Below the pieces are notes generated by a model that saw only the letters and a list, made by a program, of their open reading frames with translations, had not been told where the DNA came from and did not search any database. The position numbers and the translations under genes are program-made. Positions 46,573-54,790 of a DNA stretch of 64,000 nucleotides are shown here, in pieces; the stretch's first letter is position 1; each line of letters begins with the position of its first letter. Source of the stretch: Vampirovibrionales bacterium (GTDB lineage: Bacteria > Cyanobacteriota > Vampirovibrionia > Vampirovibrionales > JAJTHC01); NCBI GenBank assembly GCA_035285025.1, contig JAYKHY010000064.1, positions 5,895 to 69,894 on the forward strand, given 5' to 3'.

Positions 46573-48243
46573 ATGATTCAGCTAGAAGCCGTTGCGAAAA
46601 CCTTTGGTAGCCACACTTTATTTGAAGATATTACGTTCCAGGCCAATCCCAGTAGCCGCATTGGTTTAGTTGGTAAAAACGGCGCCGGAAAATCAACTTT
46701 GTTCAAGTTGATTATGGGCGAGCTGGAGCCGGATGCGGGCAAAATCCACCGCGATCCGGGCACGATGATTCAGTGCCTGACGCAGGAGCCAAAAATCACG
46801 CACGGCAATACGCTCTGGGAAGAAGTCCAATCCGCGTTCCCGTCGTTGCAAGCCTTGCAAGATGAAGAAGATGCCCTGCTTGCCCAGTGGGATACCTTTG
46901 ACACCGATGCGCAAATGGCAGCCTGCGACCGGTTGGCGGCGATTAACCAGTCTCGCGAAAACTTGGGGCACCTGGATGCCGATGCCAGCCGGATGCTAAC
47001 TGGACTGGGATTTGCGCTCGATGAGTTTGATCGCAAGGTGGAACATTTTAGCGGTGGCTGGCAAATGCGGATAAACCTGGCCAAAGTATTGCTGCAAGGT
47101 GCGCATTTTATTTTGATGGACGAACCGACGAACCATTTGGATCTTGAAGCGCGCGAGTGGTTGGAAGGATTTTTAAAGTCGTATCCGGGCGGGTTGTTTG
47201 TGGTCTCTCACGATCGCTCGTTTCTGGATCAGGTGGTGACCGAAATCGCCGAAATTGAACTGGGGCGTTTAACTATTTGGCCCGGTAATTACACGCAAGC
47301 CAAACAGCTCAAGGCCGAGGCGCACGAGCGTTTGCAGGCTGCGGCGGATCGCCAACAAAAAGATATGGCTAAACAAATGGCCTTTGTGGAGCGCTTTAGA
47401 GCCAGCGCGACCAAAAGCACGCAGGCCAAAAGTCGCGAGAAGCAGCTGGCTAAAATCGAGCGCATTGAAGCCCCTAAAACCGACAACCAGAAAATGAGCA
47501 TTCGGTTTCCGGCGCCGCCTGCCAGCGCGCGACAAATGCTGATGTTTAAATCGGTGGGTAAACGGTTTTATGATAACGTGTTGTTTACCGGTATGACGGC
47601 CGACATTGAACGCGGCCACAAGGTGTTTTTGCTTGGTGCGAACGGCTGCGGTAAAACCACGCTGCTCAGAACCATTTTAGGGCTGGAGTCGATGAGCGAA
47701 GGCGATATTGAGCAAGGCCAGAACGTAAAACTGGGCTATTTTTCGCAGCATCAGCTCGAAACGCTGGACCCTAAGCTGAACGTATTTGAAACTCTGGAGC
47801 GTGAAGCTGACGGGCGAATGGACAACACCGAAATCCGTGGCGTGCTGGGGCGGTTTTTATTCTCGGGCGAGCGGGTTTACAAGCCGGTTTCGGTTTTAAG
47901 CGGCGGCGAAAAATCTCGGCTTGCGCTGGCAAAATTGATTTTAGGCGATGCCAACCTGCTTTTGCTGGATGAGCCGACCAACCACATGGATATTCAGGCG
48001 CAGAGTGCGATTGAGCAGGCCTTTAAGCAGTACGAAGGCGCGCTGTTGTGCATCTCGCACGATCGTTATTTTATTCAGCAGGTGGCCACGCATATCTGGG
48101 AGTTTTATAAGGGTCATTTGCTCAAGTACGATGGCGGCTACGACCATTACCTAAGCAAGCGCGATTCACGTCGGGCGGAGCTGGATGCTCGTTTGGAAAA
48201 GCAGGCGCGCAAACTGGCTGCTGCTTCTGCCAAGCAAAAGTAG
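46573..48243 (+). CDS. ABC-F family ATPase (two ABC domains, no TM domain)
   Basis: GKNGAGKST, LSGGWQMR, GANGCGKTT and LSGGEKSR, plus a charged C-terminal tail. Confidence 0.9.
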   Translation: MIQLEAVAKTFGSHTLFEDITFQANPSSRIGLVGKNGAGKSTLFKLIMGELEPDAGKIHRDPGTMIQCLTQEPKITHGNTLWEEVQSAFPSLQALQDEEDALLAQWDTFDTDAQMAACDRLAAINQSRENLGHLDADASRMLTGLGFALDEFDRKVEHFSGGWQMRINLAKVLLQGAHFILMDEPTNHLDLEAREWLEGFLKSYPGGLFVVSHDRSFLDQVVTEIAEIELGRLTIWPGNYTQAKQLKAEAHERLQAAADRQQKDMAKQMAFVERFRASATKSTQAKSREKQLAKIERIEAPKTDNQKMSIRFPAPPASARQMLMFKSVGKRFYDNVLFTGMTADIERGHKVFLLGANGCGKTTLLRTILGLESMSEGDIEQGQNVKLGYFSQHQLETLDPKLNVFETLEREADGRMDNTEIRGVLGRFLFSGERVYKPVSVLSGGEKSRLALAKLILGDANLLLLDEPTNHMDIQAQSAIEQAFKQYEGALLCISHDRYFIQQVATHIWEFYKGHLLKYDGGYDHYLSKRDSRRAELDARLEKQARKLAAASAKQK

Positions 48244-48373
48244 CGTTGCTATTTTGAGATGGGCGTTCTAATTACATAAGCTTTGCTATGCGAGGGCCGT
48301 TCCCTCCCTCGCGCTTCCTCCCTGAGCTTGGGCCGAGCAAAAGTAGCGTTGCTATTTTCAGATAGCGCGTTCT
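48229..48373. repeat. about 41-bp direct repeats duplicating the ABC-F stop region and flanking a palindromic-repeat copy
   Basis: gccaagcaaaagtagcgttgctattttgagatgggcgttct (48229-48269) is repeated as gccgagcaaaagtagcgttgctattttcagatagcgcgttct (48332-48373). Confidence 0.8.
48290..48326 (+). repeat. copy of the 37-38 nt GC-rich palindromic repeat (intergenic)
   Basis: The sequence is gcgagggccgttccctccctcgcgcttcctccctgag. Confidence 0.85.
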
Positions 48374-48455
48374 TGCTGGTGAAAATTCTAGGGCGAGGGC
48401 CTTTAGCGGCCTTATCTGATTTTTTGCGCCCGTTATTTGGGGCAAATTATCGCAA

Positions 48456-49472
48456 TCAACGCGTTACGAGTGCTTGCTGCGCGTGCGCCCAGTGACAAGC
48501 CGCCCAGTGTTCGCTTGTGCTGCGCTTGATGCCAATCGCCTCTGGCGTGGTGCCTTCGCATTGCGGTAGGGCATGCGGGCAGCGCGGCGTAAACGCGCAC
48601 CCACTTGCGGGGATTTTATCCAGCGTCGGCGGCATGCCGGTAATCGGGTTTAACTGATGCACCCCCGGCCTGGGGATTGATTGCAACAAGGCTTGCGTAT
48701 ACGGATGACTCGGTTGATGAAACAGCGATTCGACTGCCGCGTATTCTACAATTTTGCCGGCATACATTACGGCAACGCTATCGCACAGTTCGGCAACCAC
48801 GCCTAAATCGTGCGTAATCATTAAAATGGCCAGGTTGTATTCTGCGCGCAAGGTTCTAAAGAGATCCAGAATTTGCGCCTGAACCGTGACATCTAGCGCC
48901 GTGGTGGGTTCGTCTGCAATTAACAGTTTAGGCGAGCAGGCCAGCGCCATTGCAATCAGGACGCGTTGCCGCATGCCGCCCGAAAATTGATGCGGGTAAT
49001 CGTTAAGGCGATCTTTTGCCTGCGGAATTCGAACCTGATCAAGCAGTGTGATGGCTTTTGCACGGGCCTGTTGCGCGCTTAGGTGCAAATGATGCTGAAG
49101 AATCTCGATCAGTTGATTGCCAATCGTCAGCACCGGATTCAGCGAGGTCATCGGATCCTGCGGAATATAGGCAACTTGTTTGCCACGGATGCCACGTAGC
49201 TGGCGCTCGTTAAGCTGGGTTAGCTCGGTGCCGCCTAGTAAAATACGGCCTTGCGTAAGCGTAGCGGTTTGGGGTAACAACCCCAGTACGCTTAAACTGG
49301 TCAGGCTTTTGCCGCAACCGGATTCGCCGACCAGCCCCAGAATTTCGCCCTCGTGCAGGGTAAGCGATAATTCTCGCACAGCTTGCAGCGGACGGGTTTT
49401 AGTCTCAAACGCAATGCTTAATTGTTTAATTTCTAGCAGTGGAGCGGGGGAATGCGGTGCCATTTGATACAA
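48456..49472 (-). CDS. oligopeptide/dipeptide-type ABC transporter ATP-binding protein (OppD/DppD-like), with no adjacent permease
   Basis: [26 protein letters not shown], and the C-terminal oligopeptide-transporter extension [12 protein letters not shown]...C..C. Confidence 0.85.
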   Translation of the reverse strand: MYQMAPHSPAPLLEIKQLSIAFETKTRPLQAVRELSLTLHEGEILGLVGESGCGKSLTSLSVLGLLPQTATLTQGRILLGGTELTQLNERQLRGIRGKQVAYIPQDPMTSLNPVLTIGNQLIEILQHHLHLSAQQARAKAITLLDQVRIPQAKDRLNDYPHQFSGGMRQRVLIAMALACSPKLLIADEPTTALDVTVQAQILDLFRTLRAEYNLAILMITHDLGVVAELCDSVAVMYAGKIVEYAAVESLFHQPSHPYTQALLQSIPRPGVHQLNPITGMPPTLDKIPASGCAFTPRCPHALPQCEGTTPEAIGIKRSTSEHWAACHWAHAQQALVTR

Positions 49473-49904
49473 AGCTTAAATGCGCAAATAATACGTTGCC
49501 AACGATGCCAGCATTAATCCTACACCAAAACGCATCTTGCTAGACGCAAGCTTTTGGCGCTTGTCGCTTAGGTGCAAGGTTTTAGCCAGTATCGCAACAT
49601 GAGTTAAGGCGAGTATGCGTTTTATTTAAGCTGCTTTTTGTAAGCGACATGTTGGATTATCGTTTTATCTGGCGAAACGCTTGATTTGCGGCATTGACCT
49701 GACTAGCCTACGGGTTTTTGGGCAATGGTTGCGCGCGGCTTGTAAAATTCATGACGTAATTTAAGCGCGACATGCATCAACCGTTTGCATCCATCAATGC
49801 CTTGGATATACTGATGGTAATCTTCTTGAAGCAAATTTTTTAATCGACTTTTCTTGCATTTTTTTGAGCCAAACCGGTTTTTTAATTTTGGCCGAAAGGA
49901 ATAT

Positions 49905-51302
49905 ATGAACGGGGTTCTAGCCGAAATTTTTAGCGATAAGCCATACAGCGCGAGTCGTAATTTTTTAGTGACCGCCATTTTCTGGCTTTTGTTCGGGGTG
50001 CTGGCAGGGCTGCTTGCAGGCGCCCTGATGGTTTGGCCCGATTTGACCAAGGGCGTAGCGCAACTGAATTTTGGTAAGGTTCGGCCGTTGCACATTAACG
50101 GTATTCTGGTTGGCTGGCTCTCGATGGCGTATGTGGGGTGCATGTTTTACCTCTCGACGCTGCTCTCGAAGCGTGACCGTTTATGGAGCGAGATGCTGGG
50201 TAACGTGACCTGTGTGGTCTGGAACCTGCTGATGGTGTTTGGCTTGCTTGCCATTGCCAACGGCTACACCGAGGCGCGCGAATATGCCGAGATGAACGGT
50301 ATTTTTGACTGGATGGTCATGGCAGGCCTGTTGCTGACAGGCGTTAACGTATACGCCACGATTTTGACCGGTCCCGAGAAAAAATGGTACGTCAGCACCT
50401 GGTACTTTTTAGGGGCGCTGTTCTGGTTCCCGATTGTTTACCTGATTGGTAACCGCGCGTTCGTCTCGTTTAACGGGTTAAACGATGCGATTGCAGGATG
50501 GTTTTATGGCCACAACATTTTGGGGATGTGGTTTACCGTGGGCGGCGTTGGGATTTTGTATTACCTGTTGCCCCGGTATTCCGGGAATCCGCTGTACAGT
50601 CACACGCTGTCGATGATTGGCTTCTGGACCATTGGGATGTTCTACGCGCCTACGGGTACGCACCATTTGTTGCAAGCCCCGGTGCCTGAGTGGCTGAAAG
50701 CCATTGCGGTTATCTCGAGCGTGTTTTTGCTGGTGCCCGTGTTTACCGTGTTGATTAACTTTTTTATGACGCTCAAGGGTAAATGGGGATTAGCCGCAGA
50801 ACATGTGCCGATGCGCTTTGCCATTGCGGCCGGATTTGGCTACTTGCTCACGTGTATTCAAGGGCCGTTCCAGGCTACCCGGAGTATTAACTGGTACATT
50901 CACTTTAGCCATTGGGTGGTGGGTCACGCGCACCTGGCGTTGCTGGCCACGTTCTCGATGATCTCGTTCTCGGCGATTTACTTTATTATTCCGCGCATTG
51001 TGCAGCGCAAAGTCTATAGTCGCGGTCTGGCCATCTGGCACTTTTGGCTCACGTTGATTGGCTGGATTGTGATGGTGGTGGATTTAACCATCGCGGGTTT
51101 GATTCAGGCGGCGGGCTGGCACTTTAACATTGTTGTTGACCAGTGGGCCATTGAGATGGAACCGTACATGTTTGTTCGCTTCCTGTCGGGTGTGATGATC
51201 GTCGCGGGTCAAGTGCTATTTATGATCAATATTTACAAAACCGTGTTTGATAAAAACGGCGAAGCGTTGCCCAAGTCGCCCAGTGGTCAGTTGTACGTGT
51301 AA
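49905..51302 (+). CDS. ccoN: cbb3-type cytochrome c oxidase subunit I
   Basis: 12-TM heme-copper oxidase with PTGTHHLLQ and HFSHWVVGHAHLALL, typical of C-family subunit I. I chose the start at the ATG at 49905 because AAGGA lies upstream. Confidence 0.9.
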   Translation: MNGVLAEIFSDKPYSASRNFLVTAIFWLLFGVLAGLLAGALMVWPDLTKGVAQLNFGKVRPLHINGILVGWLSMAYVGCMFYLSTLLSKRDRLWSEMLGNVTCVVWNLLMVFGLLAIANGYTEAREYAEMNGIFDWMVMAGLLLTGVNVYATILTGPEKKWYVSTWYFLGALFWFPIVYLIGNRAFVSFNGLNDAIAGWFYGHNILGMWFTVGGVGILYYLLPRYSGNPLYSHTLSMIGFWTIGMFYAPTGTHHLLQAPVPEWLKAIAVISSVFLLVPVFTVLINFFMTLKGKWGLAAEHVPMRFAIAAGFGYLLTCIQGPFQATRSINWYIHFSHWVVGHAHLALLATFSMISFSAIYFIIPRIVQRKVYSRGLAIWHFWLTLIGWIVMVVDLTIAGLIQAAGWHFNIVVDQWAIEMEPYMFVRFLSGVMIVAGQVLFMINIYKTVFDKNGEALPKSPSGQLYV

Positions 51303-51313
51303 AGGTTAATGCC

Positions 51314-51625
51314 ATGCAAGTGATTTCGGCAAGTAAAACCCCTATTGGTATTAAACACGCGAAGTTTGGACAAAAAAAATGCACGCCCAAAGAAAATGCC
51401 GAGATTGCCTCATTCTTTAGACTTATGGCTACAGGGCAACTTCATATTGCCAGGCAAATCAATAATGAACAAAAGAAAAATCCTCATGTGGATTTGCAAA
51501 GAAATTTAATTCATCTTTTTGAGCTTGCATCGGAAAATTTTCGAGCAGCAGCTCAAATCCAAAAAGAAGGTATCGAGGCGGTTTTAGATAAAAACGCCGC
51601 AAAAAAAAGCAAAAATAAAATTTAG
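51314..51625 (+). CDS. hypothetical Lys-rich soluble protein, markedly A/T-rich gene
   Basis: 103-aa ORF sustained in a clearly low-GC segment. It is located between ccoN and ccoO. No TM segment and no motif. Confidence 0.5.
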   Translation: MQVISASKTPIGIKHAKFGQKKCTPKENAEIASFFRLMATGQLHIARQINNEQKKNPHVDLQRNLIHLFELASENFRAAAQIQKEGIEAVLDKNAAKKSKNKI

Positions 51626-51660
51626 TCTATTTATTATCTGCTTACAAAGCAAAGTGCGCT

Positions 51661-52635
51661 ATGAACGATAAACTGACCTATATTATTGGTGGCTGTTTCG
51701 TCGCCCTGATCTTTCTGACGATCATCTTCATCACCACCATTCTGCCCTCGGCCACCTTCCAGCCCAAATCCTCCGAAGGCGTCCAGCCTTACACCGCGCA
51801 AGAATGGCGGGGCCGTAACATCTACCGCCAAGAGGGCTGTTTTTACTGCCACTCGCAGTTTAACCGCTACCAGGATTGGGAAGGCGGCGAGCTAAGCCAG
51901 GCGGGCGATTACACGTTTGATACGCCGCATACGCTAGGCACCGAGCGCACCGGCCCGGACTTGTCTAACATTGGTGGCAAATACGCCGATGCCTGGCACG
52001 TGGCCCACCATCGCGACCCGCGCAAGGTCAAGCCGGGCTCAATTATGCCTTCGTTTAATCACCTGAGTGATGAAGACATGACGGATTTGGTGGCTTACTT
52101 GCAAACGCTGGGTCGTAACCGTAAATTGCCACGCTGGATTGCGCCGCCGCAAGAAATCCGCGACCATTACGCGCTGATTGCCGAAAAAGTTGATGTCAAC
52201 TCGAGCGCGGCGGCTAACGCCGGCCGGGGTATTTTTATGCAGAACTGCGCACAATGCCACGGCGTAAACGCGCAAGGCAACGGCCCGGTAAGCGCGACGA
52301 TGCAAAGCAAGCCTGCTAACCTGACGCGTAACTACTTTAAAGCTTACAGCGATGACATGCTTTACTACCGCATTGCGCACGGCGTGCCCGGTAGCCGGAT
52401 GCCGCGCTGGGCGAAATCGCTGAGTGACGAGAGCTTGCTGTACTTAACGGCGTACGTAAAAACGCTGCCCAAGGCGGCTGATGCGCCGAACCCCGAGGTT
52501 ACCGAGCTGAATGCGCTCGATAAGCCTGAGGCCCTGAGTGCCAACTTTAACCAGATTCAATCGCTGAATCCGAATCATCACGATGAGGATGCGCGGTACT
52601 TATACGGTTATGGTCGCCCTAGCGGTGGACATTAA
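51661..52635 (+). CDS. ccoO: cbb3 oxidase subunit II (CcoO) fused to an additional C-terminal monoheme cytochrome c domain
   Basis: N-terminal TM anchor, CFYCHSQ, GTERTGPDLSNIGGKY and GSIMPSF (CcoO). A second CxxCH follows (NCAQCHGVNAQGNG...RMPRW). Confidence 0.85.
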   Translation: MNDKLTYIIGGCFVALIFLTIIFITTILPSATFQPKSSEGVQPYTAQEWRGRNIYRQEGCFYCHSQFNRYQDWEGGELSQAGDYTFDTPHTLGTERTGPDLSNIGGKYADAWHVAHHRDPRKVKPGSIMPSFNHLSDEDMTDLVAYLQTLGRNRKLPRWIAPPQEIRDHYALIAEKVDVNSSAAANAGRGIFMQNCAQCHGVNAQGNGPVSATMQSKPANLTRNYFKAYSDDMLYYRIAHGVPGSRMPRWAKSLSDESLLYLTAYVKTLPKAADAPNPEVTELNALDKPEALSANFNQIQSLNPNHHDEDARYLYGYGRPSGGH

Positions 52636-52671
52636 TCGAACCTGTTGATGTATATAAGAGGCTAAAAGTTT

Positions 52672-52842
52672 ATGTGCCCTTCATGTTTATCTGGTGGCCT
52701 TGGCGTTGGGTATTACGCGGCGTTTGCGATTTGCGGCCTGTTTTTCGTCGTCGCGGCGGGTGCGCTGTTTTGGGCGGCTAAAGCCGGTAAGCTGGACAAT
52801 ATGGAGCAATCCAAGTTTTCTATTTTAGAAGATGCCGAATAA
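52672..52842 (+). CDS. ccoS: CcoS/FixS-like small membrane protein (below the ORF-track cutoff)
   Basis: 56 aa, translated by hand as MCPSCLSGGLGVGYYAAFAICGLFFVVAAGALFWAAKAGKLDNMEQSKFSILEDAE. One TM segment followed by FW..K.G..D..E....IL.D, as in CcoS. Confidence 0.6.
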   Translation: MCPSCLSGGLGVGYYAAFAICGLFFVVAAGALFWAAKAGKLDNMEQSKFSILEDAE

Positions 52843-52894
52843 ATCGACGCTACGTGCCTTGTGACGCAATGACCTTAATTAACTGACGCCAGTT

Positions 52895-53089
52895 ATGGCA
52901 GGAATCAACATTATGACCGATCACCCGCAACCCGCTACCGAAATGCCCTCGCCGACGCCCGTCGAGGCTTCTCACGATTACGCCGAATTTGAAATTGGTC
53001 ACCACCCGGTGCCCTGGTTTTTATGGCTGTTTTTTGGCGGTATTATTGCTTGGGCCTCCATCTCCTGGATTAAGTTTTTTGGCTACTAA
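52895..53089 (+). CDS. stand-alone FixP/CcoP N-terminal-like membrane anchor
   Basis: HDYAEFEIGHHPVPWFLWLFFGGIIAWASISW resembles the FixP_N motif (DGI.E.DN.LP.WW..F). At 64 aa it has no heme motif. Confidence 0.55.
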   Translation: MAGINIMTDHPQPATEMPSPTPVEASHDYAEFEIGHHPVPWFLWLFFGGIIAWASISWIKFFGY

Positions 53090-53119
53090 TTTTTAATTTT
53101 ACTTTAGGATCTTTTGTTC

Positions 53120-54043
53120 ATGACTCGCCTTTTTTTGAATGCCCTGGCGCTGGTCTTCACTCTTTCTTCGGTGATTGCCCTGAGTGGTTGCACTGTTGAA
53201 AATGAGACTGATACTCGTTCGTTGTCTGCGCGCGAAGTGGTTCCTGTTAAAGATGAACGCCTTGTGCGCGAAGATTTTGCGTTCCCATCGGCACCGCCCT
53301 CGTTTAGCGCGGGTAAACAGGTATTTGCCCAAAATTGTGCCAGTTGCCATGCGGGTAATTTCTGGCAGCAGCGTTCGGTGCAGACCAAATTGGCTTACAG
53401 CACGCCCATCGATACCTATTTGATGCTGACGACGGGCGAGGCGCCAGAGGTGCAGAACCCTAGTGCGCAGCGCGTCCAGAAAGCTTTACCTGCCAAACAC
53501 CCTGCGTTTTCGGATAAATTGACGCGTGATGAGCGCTGGGCCGTCTTGTTTTATGTTCGTCATTTAGCAGGTTCGAGCGATTTTGAGTACACGAACCGTG
53601 CGGGCAAACCCGTGAGCGTGGCCAGTGTTTACGGGGCAAACTGTGCTGTGTGCCACGGTAAAGAAGGCTATGGTAACGGTCCGCTACATACGGGCCACCC
53701 CAGCAGCCACGAACTTGCTGCGGGTAAGGTACACAGCGGCTTGTTCATTCCGCCGCCAGCGAACTTCCACGATTACCGACGCCTATACAACCGTACGGAC
53801 GCGCAATTGGTGAAGTATATCCGCGAAGGTATTTATCCTTCGGGGATGCCCGCTTGGCTGGGCGCAGTGGACAAAGATAATGATTTTGTTTTTGACGACA
53901 AGATGATTTTAAAGCTGGTGCAGCATGTACGCACATTTGGGTTTAAAAACGACTTACCTGAAGATCAGGTGCCACCTGCTGGTTTAACTCAAGTCCCTGC
54001 GTTGTCTGAGCCGGGCGTTCAGGGTAATAACATTAAGCGTTAA
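53120..54043 (+). CDS. diheme c-type cytochrome, probable lipoprotein
   Basis: Lipobox VIALSGC and two CxxCH motifs (NCASCHAG and NCAVCHGKEGYGNG). I chose the start at the ATG at 53120 because AGGA lies upstream. Confidence 0.8.
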   Translation: MTRLFLNALALVFTLSSVIALSGCTVENETDTRSLSAREVVPVKDERLVREDFAFPSAPPSFSAGKQVFAQNCASCHAGNFWQQRSVQTKLAYSTPIDTYLMLTTGEAPEVQNPSAQRVQKALPAKHPAFSDKLTRDERWAVLFYVRHLAGSSDFEYTNRAGKPVSVASVYGANCAVCHGKEGYGNGPLHTGHPSSHELAAGKVHSGLFIPPPANFHDYRRLYNRTDAQLVKYIREGIYPSGMPAWLGAVDKDNDFVFDDKMILKLVQHVRTFGFKNDLPEDQVPPAGLTQVPALSEPGVQGNNIKR

Positions 54044-54132
54044 GCCAAATCTGCTGCCCGGCAGGCGCACAATACGTTTAGCATATGCTCTTTTATTGAA
54101 TTCATTCGTGATTAAACCGAGGTTAATTCGTC

Positions 54133-54789
54133 GTGGATCGCCGATCATTTTTAAAACTGTTGCTTAGCCTCCCCATGCTGGGCGTGGCGGGCGCGTTTAT
54201 GTCGCCATCGTTGCGCTATTTGCGGCCAACGCTGGGTCCATTAACGGCCTCTAAAATCGATACCAAGAACAAGCCCTTTACTGAATGGGTGGGCGAAGGT
54301 GGCCTGATTGCCAAGCCCGATAAACCGGAGAAGGAGCGTGACGTGCGCTTTAAGGTTTCGGATTTTGCCAAGCCCTGGGATGTCCAGACGTTTACGTTTG
54401 GCCAGCGCAGTACCGAGTACACTGCAAATGGGTTCCAGGCGACGCGCATTCCTGCGTTTGCGATTCGGTTACCCGAAGATAAAGATGGCAAGCCTGATTT
54501 TTACGTCATCAGTCGGATTTGTCCGCACATGGGCTGCGTGTTTAATTACCTGCAAGACCCTGTAGAAGCGGCCAACTATAACTATCCGCAGGCCAAGGAC
54601 CCATTATTTGCGTGTCCTTGCCACTTGAGCGTGTTTGACCCGCTGCAAACGCAGGATGACGGTAAAGGCAAGCTGATTCCGGGTAAAGTGGTGAGTGGCC
54701 CTGCGCCGCGCCCGCCCAGGCAGTTTACCTGGGCCATAGAGGGTGATGATTTAGTGATTCAGGAAGCTGAATCTGGAGGGATTTCTTAA
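54133..54789 (+). CDS. Rieske [2Fe-2S] subunit with a twin-arginine signal
   Basis: MDRRSFLK (Tat motif), CPHMGC and CPCHLSVFD. The start codon is GTG. Confidence 0.9.
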   Translation: MDRRSFLKLLLSLPMLGVAGAFMSPSLRYLRPTLGPLTASKIDTKNKPFTEWVGEGGLIAKPDKPEKERDVRFKVSDFAKPWDVQTFTFGQRSTEYTANGFQATRIPAFAIRLPEDKDGKPDFYVISRICPHMGCVFNYLQDPVEAANYNYPQAKDPLFACPCHLSVFDPLQTQDDGKGKLIPGKVVSGPAPRPPRQFTWAIEGDDLVIQEAESGGIS

Positions 54790-54790
54790 C

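Noticed and set aside
9904-48326. Whether the 37-38 nt GC-rich repeat is a CRISPR array.
   Set aside because: The copies are kilobases apart, in both orientations, with no regular spacer length. There are no cas genes, and two copies lie inside essential genes.
49703-50143. A 146-aa minus-strand ORF overlapping the ccoN start.
   Set aside because: It overlaps the strongly supported ccoN N-terminus. It has a basic, low-complexity composition and no motif.
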